The position numbers and the translations under genes were made by a program. Under the pieces are notes generated by a model that saw only the letters and a program-made list of their open reading frames with translations, ran no database searches and was not told the DNA's origin. Shown in pieces: positions 39,673 through 52,245 of a DNA stretch of 64,000 nucleotides. The stretch comes from Callorhinchus milii (taxonomy: Eukaryota): assembly GCF_018977255.1 (NCBI RefSeq), contig NW_024704755.1, forward strand, positions 2,108,001 to 2,172,000. Reading direction: 5' to 3'. Position 1 is the stretch's first letter. Each line of letters starts with the position of its first letter.

Positions 39673-42600
39673 GGCCTGGGCTGCGGCGCGCTGCTCCTTT
39701 CCCGCCGAGAGCCTGGGCCCGCAAGCCGGGGGGCAGGGCCCCGAGATGATCAGGCCCTCGGTCAGCGAGCTGACCAGGGAGGTGAGGAGCAACATCCTGT
39801 GCACCGTGAAGGGCTGCGGCAAGATCCTGCCCAACCCCCCGGCGCTCGGCATGCACCTGGTCAAGTCTCACCGGGTCAAGGTATGTGACCTCCACAACAG
39901 CGACGACGACTTGGATTGATATCGCGCCCTCCACGCCGGACGGCGTCTCAGAGCGCTTCACAGTAACGGAACCCGGGCCCGAGCCACGGGGGGGGAGGGG
40001 GAGGAGCCACGGGGGGAGTGGGGGAGGCGGGGGGGTGGGGGAAGGTGACCAAAGGTGCGGTCGAAAAGAAAGGCCTTCAGCAGAGACCGGAAAACGGGAA
40101 GGGAGTGAGGGAGGCGGTTCCAGAGCCTCGGGGCGTAGTGGCTGAAGGCGCGGCTGCCGAGGGGGGAGCGGAGGACTCGGGGGGACGAGGAGGAGGCCAG
40201 ACCCGGAGGAACTAAGGCAGCGGGTACTGTGCTGAGGAGAGAGGAGGGCAGAGAGGTCGGGGGGTGCAGAGGAGTGCAGGGACTTGAATACGAGGTGAGG
40301 ATCTTGAAATCGATCCTCTCCGGGCCCGTGCAGTCCGGCCAGGACTGGGGGATCGGGGAGCGGAGTTTATTTAGGTGATAGGGGAGGGAGACCTCGTCCC
40401 TGCCTCACACCCAGTGATCTATACACACACACACACATATATATATCCCTGTGGGTTTGCTTTTTAATTGCTCTTCCTTTCTTAAGAATGTAACGCACAC
40501 CAGGTTGTTGTCCAAAGGTCTGGCTTGTTGTCTAAAGTTTTTTATATATATATAAATAATAATACTCCTATTTGATGCTAATACATTGTGATCTCGGTAC
40601 ATTGTGTTTCGAAGAGTTTCCTGACGTTCTGAATGAGTGTGTATGTCCTGGAGATCCTGGTCTTCTACCACACGGGTGGTACAGTTAGTCCACCGGATGA
40701 ATACATAGGGGGAATCAATACGTAAGTTGCTTTTTTGCAGCCGCGTGTATATTGAATGAAGTGTTTCTGGTTGCAGGACTGCAGCATAAATCCAACAGTT
40801 AGAAAGGACTTGAAGTCTTCTGTTCAAAAGCTATATTGCTGCCCCATTGAAGGTTGTCCAAGGGGACCAAATAGGCCGTTTTCTGAGTTTTCCCGTGTCA
40901 AGCAGGTAAATATGCCTTTAAGTATGCTATAGAGTGCTGTATTGAGGTTTATGTGGCATTGTCCAACTACGGCGGAGGAGTTCGTTAATTTTTCTTGAAG
41001 CAAAATGCGGCACTGATTCCCCTGCAGCATTCTTTGAGGGTTGAATATCATGTCACTGTCGGCGATTTCTGTTGCATAATTTCTTGCAGATTGTTTGTCG
41101 TAATTGAAGATTCGCCAAAAACATAAAACGGGCTTGTTTTGAAAACGTGTTTGCCATTTTGTTTTCTGAAGCACTTTATGAAAATTCATGCTGAAAAGAA
41201 ATACAAATGTGACAAGTGCAGTAACTCGTATGGGACGGAAAGGGACTTGAAGCGGCACGCGGAATATTGTGGGAAGATCTTCCAGTGCACTTGTGGGTGT
41301 CCTTATGCCAGCCGAACAGCGTTGCTATCGCACATTTATCGGACTGGGCATGAAATCCCTGCTGAACACCGGTTAGTATTGTTTTGCTAAACACCTTTGA
41401 GCTCGGTGCTCATATCCCTTTCTTCAAAAAGCTGTGTGTGACTGGTCAGCTTTGCTGTGTTAAGCATCACTTTAAAAGTTCACATGAGTACTTCTACTAC
41501 ATGCAAAAAAAGAAAACTAAATAGCAAGACAGTCTTGGCAGAAGGACTTGGTTCTCGATGTCTATTCAGTATTATGTTTTCATTGGTGATAGCTGTGAAA
41601 AGTTCTGTGTGATCTCCTGTCTCCTCTTCCCCACCTATGTACACTTTCTGCATGTAAACCTTCAGGCTGGCGTGAAAGCTCCAGCAAGAAGAATTTTCAT
41701 TTTCCCTTTCTTTCTGCCTCCATTTTTCCAGAATTAGAGGATCATGTGGCATTATTCTGAGCTACCAAGTGACTAAACTTGCTTCACTGGATTTTAACCA
41801 GGTTTGTAAGTAGTTGCATTCACTGAACATTGTAGAGTCCTGTAGCTCAGTGGTTAGAGCACTCGCTTTACAAGTGAGAGACCTGAGTTCAATTCCAGGC
41901 AGAGGGCGAAACCTTGGGCAAGTTTCCTTACTCCACACAGAGCCTTATAATAATCCCTCCAAAACCAAAAACAATAATTAAATTGGTCATTTTCAATCTA
42001 TGACTGTTTGTGGGACATTGCTGTGCGCAATTGGCTGCCGCGTTTGCCCACAAATATACAGTCAATTCACTTTACAGTGTGTTCTGTGAAGCGCTTTGGG
42101 ACGTCCTCCCGACGTGAAAAGCGCTATATCAAATGCAAGGATTATTATTATTATCAGGCATCCTCAGTTTTAAAGTTGTTATTGTTCAGTTTCTTTTTTT
42201 TAAAAAATGTGCTACAAAGCCTAGAATTAAAGAATGGTGTTTGGCTGAATTACTCTGTAATCCTGAGAGTTTAAATTTACACCAGCCTTTACTCATTTCT
42301 TTAGTTATGCATTAATCTTGTTTTAATGCTTTGAAAGCCTTTAAAAGGGCACGCACCCTTTTATCCTCTGGGAGGCAATGTCAGTGAGGTAAGTTGTGTG
42401 CTTCTGGGCATCTGTTCTTGGTTGGCTGCCAAGCAGTCTTTGAAAGGGCCTTGTGATGATTTTCTATTCCTTTTATCTAACATCTCTCTCAAGACACTAA
42501 AGACATCAAGCATTCACTTCAAATGTGCTGGAATGCTACAGCTCATGCCAGGTGTTGCCTGACTTCATGTTTTTTGTTGGTTAGTGTGATGTGGAACAGA

Positions 42601-44669
42601 CTTTGTGTTTGTAGTTTTCTTCAAACACTGGGTCAAGACAGCACCAGTATTTCAATGTTTAATTCCCTATTTCCAGGAAGCTTCTCACAAGCAGCGTTAA
42701 AGCAAAATACCTGGGGCCAAGCCACAGCTGTGAAAGAATTGATAGTGTACAATCTTTTGACATTTTGGGGATTTTTTAAAATGCTGATGGTGTGTTGCAC
42801 AATTTTATTGGAAAACCTAACAAGTTAACTTGTTTCTATACCATTAGAGATCCACCAGGAAAGAAGCGGAAGAGTGAAGAATTAAATCAGAATCACTTCA
42901 CCAAGACTGCAAAAGAGCAACAGAAAACACAGTCTGTCCAAGAGCCAGCAGAGAATAATCAGGGGTTTTCTGTGGAAAGCACCTTTGGAAACTGTGGCAG
43001 TAATCAAAATCCCACTCCTGCAAAACAAATCCAGAAGTTGTTGCTCCCGAAGCCTAGGGTTGCACTGGTCAAACTACCGGTAATGCACTTCACTCACTTA
43101 CCAGTCTTTGTATCTTCAGGCACACCTGTGGATAGCTCCATCAAATCAGTTGTAGTTGCTGTTGACAATCAAGGATCTGTTATGAGCACAATGCATGTCT
43201 TGTCTACTTCAGAGGGAACTCTCATACCAACTTTGGAAGCCAAAACATTGAACTTTAAAGACACTGTGCCGTTATCCAAGATGGCCAGTGTCATGGTGGT
43301 TGAACCAGTCAGTGCTGCAGTGCAAGTAAATATGGATTCAGACCACCAAGTCTTGACGCAATTTGGAGACCTAGGGCAAAAGAACAAGTGTACTTCTATG
43401 AACGTGCAGACAGACATATCGTACCTTGCACAGAACCCATTGCCAGAATCCCTTGCTGAATGTTGCTCCCCTGAGAGTACCGTGTCTGCTTGCGCACAGA
43501 CTGATTTGACTTTCAGTGCCCAAGTATTGCTGCCCATCAGTGTTCAGACACAGACGTTTGGATCAGACCCGAAAATTACTACATCGATGAGTGCTCAGAC
43601 AGATTCTTTTGACCAATCCTGTTTTCCATCGTATGGGGTATCTAGGGAAACGCAAACTAATGTGATGGTGAATTCAGCTCATGTTGGAGGCCCCATACAC
43701 CAAGCTTTAATTAATACAGATAATCCAGAAGATATGTTTGACCATTCTTCAAGTTCTTATGCTGTTTGCAGACAAACTCAAACTAGTTTTGCTTTGGTCG
43801 CAGAGGATCTGGATCAAAGACTAGCCAACACGGCTAATCATGCCCTGGATCTGCAGAGCACTGATAAATCACTGGTTGATTTTCAGGTTCAAACCAGTTT
43901 ACTTCAACAGAACCCTATGACTGACAATCAAACTCAGACAATGAGCCTGTTCAACGATTTGGAAAATATTCTATCAGAAAGCATGTCTGGTCATTCACTG
44001 GAGAACCGTGGGCTTTTATCTGAATCCAGCCACACCTCTGGAGAGAACATGGCCAGCAACCAGGTACAGACTGCAGCCATCGACTTTGATATTGAAGAGT
44101 TTTTGTCTGCAACTAACATCCAAACTCAGACAGAGGAGAATGAGCTTGGTGCTATGCAGGCAGTTTCTGCTCTGGAGTCCTTAGATATAGAAACTCAAAC
44201 CGACTTCCTGTTTTCGGACCATCCTGGCCAAGTGGACACTGGCAGGGGGCCGAACAACTATTTAGGACTCGAAATGTTTGATACTCAAACTCAAACCGAT
44301 TTAAACTTCTTACTAGACAGCAGTTCACATCTACCTCTCGGCAGTATCCTGAAACAATCTAGCTTCTCTCTAAGCACGGATTCAAACAATACAGAAACCC
44401 AGACTGATGTCCACAGCCTGGTTAGAAATAACTACAGCGCTGAAAGCCAGGTGCGGTTAAACTGTGCTGAAACACAGACAACAAGCAGTTGCTTTGAAAA
44501 CCTGGGTAGTTTGTTCTGCACCAGCAATGAAACGCAGACTGTCGTTGATGACTTTCTCCTGGCAGATATGGCTTGGAATCCACTGGAGTCTCACTTCAGT
44601 TCAGTTGAGACACAAACGTGCGATGAAATCTTTTCCTTATTCCAAAATACAGACAAAAGTAGCAATTAA
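39665..44669 (+). CDS. ATMIN: ATM interactor / ASCIZ (C2H2 zinc fingers + TQT-repeat LC8-binding tail), 788 aa
   Basis: Exons 39665-39880, 40777-40905, 41172-41371, 42848-44669 join in frame (2367 nt). Motifs NILCTVKGCGKILPN...MHLVKSH, YCCPIEGCPRG, CTCGCPYASRTALLSHIYRTGHEIP and many ETQT/QTQT. Confidence 0.97.
39893..40370 (-). mobile_element. GC-rich 5'-truncated L2 LINE 3' end in ATMIN intron 1
   Basis: Reverse strand gives PVLAGLH...RIDFKIL, VFKSLHSSAPP and AFSHYAPRLWNRLP; closely similar to 31170-31521. Confidence 0.75.
41835..42154 (+). mobile_element. Full-length young tRNA-derived SINE in ATMIN intron 3
   Basis: Same family as 16306-16624. Confidence 0.9.
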
Positions 44670-47047
44670 ACTGCACAGAGTGCAGGAGGGATACCCTTGA
44701 GCTTGGTGTGGAGTGTGGCATTACCAGGACTTTCCACTATTGCTGCTCTGGAATCAACCGCTTGTCAGTATTGAATAGAAATATTTATTTCACTCCACTC
44801 TTCCCTTCCCCACCCACCAACATTGTTGGCATTCGGGTGGGCTTCCATTTGGCAGCTTTCTGTGAACACCCCCCCCCACCCCACTCAGGATTGGAAAGTA
44901 TAGACAGAACATGGATCCAGAACTCATGTCTTCCCATTTCATATCACAATGTATTAGCCCATCAACCTGCTGAACCACCGTGGAAAGGCTGCCGTTCCAG
45001 TAGAATACGTCCAGTTGATTTAATGGTTGTGAATGATTCACACTTCTAGAACTGAGAAGTCCTTTTCTGCATACCTGGTCTTTAACACAGCCATCAGATC
45101 AGCCTTGGGAACTTTAAGGGTAGTAGGCTATAAAACTGAACAGATATACTTCTCACTCCTCCCTCTCAGTTCATTACTTTTCACAAGTATCTGGGACAGT
45201 AAGGGATCTGATTATGTGAGGGCAACCTTTCATGCACTGCAGTAGCTTGTTTGGTGGTGCCAGTAGGGGGAGGGGGTCACCTGAACCAGCACAAGGCTGA
45301 AGCATGAACAATAAGGCTCATCCATGGGTACCTCAAAAGATCCTTGCAAGAACAATTGAGTTTTCAGGCCCAAAGTTTATCGTTAGGATTCAAAACCCTC
45401 CAGTTTGGCATAGACATTTCACCAGCCTTGCATAAAGCTCCCTTCCATTAACTCAAGAGAGGCAAAATTCTGCTCCCCACAGCTTCAGACTTCATGGATT
45501 CAGTAGGAAGCAGATTTAAACATTCTGGAAGAAATTACATCCAGGTCAAAATTTTGGGTTGTTCCCTTTATTTGAAAGTGAATACTAACAGTTTGAGGGA
45601 CAGCAGTAGAACACTAAATACTGATAGGTTTGCAGTTTTGTTTATTAGTTTCTGTATGGTTATATAAATTTTGCATTATTTATATCTGTATGTGTAAAAT
45701 GTAATTGTTTGAGCAGAAAAATGAAGTTCACCTCGTATTTGTATTGCGCTATTGTTTGTGCAAATTCAAGTGGTCACTAACAGAGTTCTGTTAGCTGTCT
45801 TATTCAAAGAAAAGTTGCTACACACTACATTGATGATGGTACCTGCATACATTTCTGGTGGTCTTTTGAGCTCTCGCATTTTAATGCTTGCCCAAGATAG
45901 GTATAATGGCTACTTGGGTCGTCCTCCCAACATGAAAGGCACTATAAAATTTTATTTGTTGTTGATCCATGTTTTACACTTCAACACTGTTTAGTAGTTC
46001 CTGGTTTGTTGCAGTCACTGCTTTGTTTCCCAAGTCGACAAAGGCTCAGATGGGAACTTGACATGTTATCCCTCGACTTTATACTAGCTTTATTTTTTAC
46101 AAATTTGATCATTAGCATTGCCATCTGCAGTGTTTAAAGAAGTTCCTTTTGAGGAGTGACTGCTTGGCAAGCAGGAGAGATTTGCAGAGCCCCTGCAAAA
46201 ACTAAAATAATGATTTCCTTTGGAGTGACTTGTTCATCTATGACTGCTTTTGGTGATTAAATTGGAGAATGTGTCACTCGCACGCCTAACCTTGCCCTCG
46301 ATGAATGTTCACACACCTGTATTATCCAGGTATCACAATGGTGATCAGAACCCAGGAACTTTGACTACCTTCTCCTGTATAGCCACTGAAGCTAATTGCA
46401 GTGCTTTGACTTTACCCTGGAGTCCAGTATTTAAACCGGTGACTTTCCGGTTTGTTACACCAGGGTGGCTTTAACCAAGGCAGCTCTTTGAATTTTATTC
46501 TGTTTAACTGATTTGGTTTTGCTAAACTTTGTATCAGTTCTTTGTATGGTGTTTCATTCATTTCACAGGTGTAGTGTTTATTTTGCATAGATCAAAAATG
46601 ACTACACAGTATTTGTACAGTTTATGTTTGTGCTGTTATTGGATCATTTGCATTGCTGACTTTGAAAAATGAACCATTGTATACATAAAGCTGCTACACT
46701 CCATTACAAGTGTACCTGCATGTGTAACTTATTTGCAGATCTTTTGTTCAGAAGAACCTAAAGAACTGTGTGGTTTTGGAACTGTTTATATCACTAATGT
46801 GTTGTGTAAATGCATGCAAAATATTCAAGTGCCAAAGTGACAGTTTTTCTTTTTTTGGAAAGGGATTTGTAAGCTGATATTATCAGTGTTATTTAATGTA
46901 ACCGTCAGAATGGTTTAATTGTACTCCAGTCTACTGGAAATTTGCACATTGTTTAATTTATTTTCCTTGTGTATATTGTACAAGTTCAGTTGATATTTGC
47001 ATAAAGCACTTATGGATGCTGGTTAAAATTATTGGTGAGTTGCACAA

Positions 47048-47053
47048 AATAAA
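47048..47053 (+). terminator. Probable ATMIN polyadenylation signal
   Basis: AATAAA ending a ~2.4 kb UTR-like U-rich stretch. Confidence 0.55.
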
Positions 47054-47520
47054 AGTTAGTTTCTCCACAAAAGATAAATGAAGTTGATTTATTTTCTGGC
47101 TGACAAAACTAACAAATCAAACTTCAATTAAGTTCTTGTCAAGCTGAAAGCAATACAATGTGATCCCAAACCTGGGCTCTATTTGATTTTATGAAGTAAA
47201 ATGAAGGTACTGTATGTTAGAATTGCGATGTGGAGGCTGCAAATGCATTAAAAATATCTGCAATATTTGTAAATGTATTACAAAAAGCTACCTTATATAT
47301 GATGTGTTTTCTCCAAATAAACATGGTACAAAAAATTATTATTGATCTTTATTTAAAGATTGTTAAAGGTTCAATACAGCAGTTGGAGGATTGTTCTCTG
47401 ATCCGCGATGGTTCAGCTAGTCTCAATCAGCAGTATAATTGACCTATGTGATCCTGGCAGAACAGGACGTTGAATGAGGAAATAGTTAGGGTTCCTTGTC
47501 CCTAATTGCCTTCAAAAGAC

Positions 47521-48986
47521 TCAGAATTTACAGCAATCTATGTGGCAATAAAGAGATTCCCATCCTAGTCCCAATAGGTAGGGTGGGGCTGGCAGTGGGA
47601 GCACAGGAAGGAGAGCTTCCCCTCCTGTATTCCGTTGTCTTGCTCGACCTAAATGTTTATTATTTAGGTTATTGTGACTCGAACCAGATCTGCTGAAGTC
47701 CTCTTGCTTTAGGTTTTTGGGGTTGGTCTTTGCTCCTCTTGAAGGGTACCCCCTGATGCAATGGTTATCCATTCTTTTGGAAGTCTGACCACTGGCCTTG
47801 ATCAAGTTGGGTTTTCCAGACGAAAGTGAATATTGCCAGCACCAGTGTTCTTTGCTATGCAGTAAGGAAGTCCTTGAGATCTTGAAAGGAAAGGAACCAA
47901 GTGGTCTTTGAGGCCTTCTGACCAGCTCATTGTTCACATTAGAAACAAGGTGTCTCCCGTGCAGAGAATCCTCCTTGCCCTCGGTCGCTCTGTTGATAAT
48001 TTGCAATTGTTGGTTGTTGCTTTGTACGCTGTTATGAGGGGCATCTCCAGGTTTGTAATCCGAGGAAGTTTCAGCAGCTGTGGCAATGACAGGTGGAAGC
48101 ACAGGGAAGGTATTTAAAGGCAGTCCCTCTAGTTGACTAGGTTCATTTATCAGGATCTGCTGAGATTTGGTGCAATTTATGTCAAACTCTGTTCTACCTG
48201 CTCCGTTGACCTTGGTCTCTGTGTTGTCTCGGGCGCTGATTTCCCGAGTTATTTCATGTATTTGTTTCTCTGAATTTCTGGAGTTGTGGGTATGTATCTT
48301 GCTTCGTAAACCACGAATTAAAGTGCTCTCTATTGGCAGAGAGTTGGTATTCTTCCCTGTTAAACTACAACTCTCAGTGATTGACATGGATGAGAGCTCA
48401 GCGCATTCGGCTGGTGAATCATCTCCTTGCGCACTACTTTCTGAGACTTGTACCATATCTACACAGAGCACACAATGGCTGCCCTGAGGCTCAGTTGGTT
48501 TTGGTTTCCTTGTTTTCTTTGGAGGAAAAATACAGGAATAGGGTGGAGCCCTTCCCCAGCCTTGTGTCTACAAAAGAAAACCATATTTTTATTACATCAG
48601 CGACTTACAGGTTAGTGGCTGAAACTTACTGAGGTTACGAATGGTATAGAACGATACATTAAACCCATTTAAAGGGAGCAACATTAATTTGTTTTCATAA
48701 CTTTAAGTTCAATGTATCAGACTACTCCCATTGGGAAATGCTTTACCAAGAAGGGAAAAATACTTACTGCATCTTCCCACCCCCCGTAAATAATAGATTC
48801 ATCAATGTGCTTCTGGTCTTCACATGTTTCCTCAGTGATCCCATTCAGAAGATCAATGAGGTTTCTTTCAAACTCCCATGAATGTAGATAATTGGCAGCA
48901 TTTGTTTCTTTATCGGTATTGTTTCCAGAAGCAATAGAAATCGCTTTATTTTCACTCTCCGACGTGTCGTCATTGTGAGACTCCAT
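47521..48986 (-). CDS. C16orf46: C16orf46 orthologue (uncharacterised), ~421 aa as read
   Basis: Exons 48986-48768 (...IIYGGWEDA|gtaagt) and 48567-47521 (tag|TQGWGRAPPYSCIFPPKK...HCVLCVD). The GWE.A|.QGWGR...CI.P.K motif is the family signature I recall; syntenic position convergent with ATMIN. Acceptor lies 3 nt upstream of the ATG, so the 5'UTR is spliced. Confidence 0.85.
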
Positions 48987-50334
48987 TTTCTGTCAGAAAT
49001 TTTCGAGAAACTCGCTCCGTTTATTTCTTGAAAGATAGAAAGGTTGCAAGGAGTGAATGTTTTAATATTGCATTTTTCCCTCCAACCCTCTTCCCTTTGT
49101 TCCATGAAGAATTTGCTTCCTGAACATGACAGTGCTCCTTTAATTGCAAATTAACCTTTTTTTATTTGAAAGTCACTGAAATCCCAGTAGCAAATACAAA
49201 TTATATTAATATACAATTATCCTCATCATTAGCAATTATTTTCAAAAGACTTAGAATTTTGCTCGCAAATACTATTATTTAAACTTAAAGAAAACACACA
49301 TACCTTGAAGATCACACTGCAGAACAGACCTGCTGCTTGAGTTGGTTTAGCCTCATTTTCACTTGTAAAGAGCAAAATGAAAATTGTGAACATTTGAACT
49401 AAAAAAAATTAATATCCACTTTCCCTCGCAGGCCAACTGGATGCTATCAAATGTAGAGTCACTAATAAAGCCATCACAATGGGGCGAGTGCTTATTTTAT
49501 CTTTAAAATCTCGGTGAGTTTATCCAGGCAGCAATTGTACTGGGGAGGTGCGAGATTCAAAGTGCAATCTGCACTGCATTAAGCCGATTGCTTTTCTGAG
49601 GCAACAATATGGGAGCTCTTCACAGGATATACTGTAAAGTGATTGACTGTGTATTTTGTAGGTGAAATGCAGCAGCCAATTGCACACAGCAATGTCCCAC
49701 AAACAGCCATGGAATGAGTGACAACATTTTATTTGGGGGAATGTTGGCCAGTAAGAGTGAAAACTTCCTTCTCTTTTCAAAAAGTGCTGCAGGATCTTTA
49801 ACATCCACCTGAACAGGCAGACAATTAAACATCATACGGACAGCATCTCTGACAATGCAACACCTTCCTAGCAGTACACTGGAATGTCAGCTCAGATGAT
49901 GTGAACTCAAGTCCCGCCCTACGTGGGGCTTAAACCCACGACCGTCTGATTCAGTTACCACTGAGCCAGGCTAACACAGCAAAGGGAGAGGGCGACCTCT
50001 GGGCCCTGAATGGTAGGCAAGTGCAGCAAAGTTCCCACTGCACGCAAATAATAACGGAAGCAACTAATAATAATAATTTATAATAATTATCCTTGCATTT
50101 GATATTGTGCCTTAACACGTCTTTGAGACGTCTAAAAGCATTTCACAGGATATACTGTAAAGTGTTTTGACTGAATTAATTAACCACCAACAACTTGCAC
50201 TTGTACAGCGCCCTCCAGCAGGATAGCATCTCAGGACGTTTAACAGTGGCGTAGCCTGACTCCGAGCCCGTTGAGGGGGTGGGAGGTGACCATAAGCATA
50301 ATCGAAGAGGAAGGTCTTCAGGCAACTTGAAAAA

Positions 50335-50989
50335 GGGGAGAGAGGAGGGGGCAAGGGGTAAGGATTGGGGAGAGAGGAGGGGGCAAGGTGTAAGGATTGG
50401 GGAAGAGAGGAGGAGGGGGGGCAAGGTGTAAGGATTGGGGAAGAGAGGGGGAAAGGGGTAGGGATTGGGGAAGAGAGGGGGAAAGGGGTAGGGATTGGGG
50501 AAGAGAGGGGGAAAGGCGTAGGGATTGGGGAAGGAGGAGGGGGCAAGGTGTAGGGATTGGGGGGGAGACTAGGGGGCAGGTGTAGGGATTGGGAGAGAGA
50601 GGAGGGGGCAAGGTGTAGGGATTGGGGGGGAGGGGAAGAGGGCGGGGAAGGGAGTGGGGGCAAGGTGTAGGGATTGGGGGGGAGACTAGGGGGCAGGTGT
50701 AGGGATTGGGGGGGAGAGGAGGGGGCAAGGCGTAGGGATTGGGGGGGGAGAGGAGGGGGCAAGGTGTAGGGATTGGGGGGGGGGAGGGAGGGGGCAAGGT
50801 GTAGGGATTGGGGGGGGGGGAGAGGAGGGGGCAAGGTGTAGGGATTGGGGGGGAGTGGAGGAGGGGGCAAGGTGTAGGGATTGGGGGGGGGGGGGGAGAG
50901 GAGGGGGCAAGGTGTAGGGATTGGGGGGGAGTGGAGGAGGGGGCAAGGTGTAGGGAGTGGGGGGGAGGGGAGGAGGGGGGAGGGAGGGT

Positions 50990-51020
<31 letters not shown>
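50335..51020 (+). repeat. G-rich minisatellite (~18 units, ~30-39 bp, core GGGGCAAGGTGTAGGGATTGGGG) ending in poly-G
   Basis: Directly visible; contiguous with a minus-strand L2 3' end at ~50185-50340. Confidence 0.95.
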
Positions 51021-51021
<1 letters not shown>

Positions 51022-51379
51022 GAAGGAGTGCAGGGATTCGAACAGGAGAGCGAGAGATGCTGAAACTCAACAGAAATAACTAACACGAATCATCCACACA
51101 CACACACACGCACACACACACGTATATAGATAGATATAAAACATAATACCAAACGACGGGAGAGCCGCGGTGTCCGGGTGGTGGGGGGTTGGGGGGGAAC
51201 TCCAAAGCAGCGACCACAGAAGAGTGGGGGAGGGGGGAGAGTGAGTGAGAGAGAGAGAGAGATAGACAGAGAGTGTGCGGTTGGGGCGGGTGAGGTGAAG
51301 TGAGACGAGCGGAGCGAGGAGGGAGAGAGGAGAGAGGGTGGGTGGTGGGGTGGGGGGGCACTGGCTGACAGGGGGTGGG

Positions 51380-52245
51380 GTGGGGAGGGGAGGGGAGGAG
51401 GGGGCCGTGTACCGGTTGCCACAGCAACGGGGCTGACAAAGAAGAAGAGGTGCGTCTGTTATTCTCTTCCCCACCGTCTCAACAAAAAAAAACAACCCCC
51501 ACTGAACACAGCGGGGGAGGGGGCTGGGTCAGGCCCGCATCTATTAGAGAGGAGGGGGGTGGGGGAGGGGGGGGGGAAGGGAGGGGCCTTTAACCTGTTC
51601 GGTCGGGACTCGAAAATAAAATGAATTGGGAGGTGGGGGGACACACACACGAGAAGAAAATGAGGGTCGGAACCTTTTTTTTTTGCGCGCTGAGAGGGAG
51701 CGCCTGCGCGCGCACTCCCCCCCTCCCCGTGCGTGTGTGTGTACACAGAGAGTGCAACGCAAGAGGAAGTCGGGCCGGGGACGGGCGGAAGTATTTAGCG
51801 GTGGCACCGCTTTGACGGACGTTTCGAGAAGGTTCCTGTGCTGTGCGGGCGGGGCGGGGCGTCGTGGCGCGAACGAACGAACGAACGACCGACCGACCGA
51901 CCGACGACGAGGAGAAGCAGTAGCAGCGAAGGTTTTTTTTTAAACCCCCACTCTCTCTCTCTCTCTCTCTCCTCGCCCTCCCCACGCGAGAGAGAGAGAA
52001 ACTTATTATTATTTTCTCCGAATAATAATTATTATTATTATTCATCGTAGTAATAATAACGCCGCCGCGTTGGGCGCGGGTGCGGTTGCAACGCGGCTCA
52101 GCTCGGCTCGGGCGGGAAAGGGGGGGAAAAAGAAGCAGCAGCAGCAGCGACGTTATTGAGCGGGTTTTATACACAGCTCTCTCTCTCTCTCTCTCTCTCC
52201 ATATATATATATTATATATTATTGTTATATATAAAAGTGCGGCCG
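51380..52245. promoter_or_regulatory. CpG-island bidirectional promoter/5'UTR region for C16orf46 (-) and MPLKIP (+)
   Basis: CpG-rich. Full RFX X-box GTTGCCACAGCAAC at 51415-51428, NRF1 GCGCCTGCGC at 51700-51709, ETS GGAAGT motifs near 51765 and 51787. Confidence 0.7.

Noticed and set aside
50112-51086. Long proline-rich ORFs (324 aa, 250 aa)
   Set aside because: Translation of the G-rich minisatellite; open in several frames.
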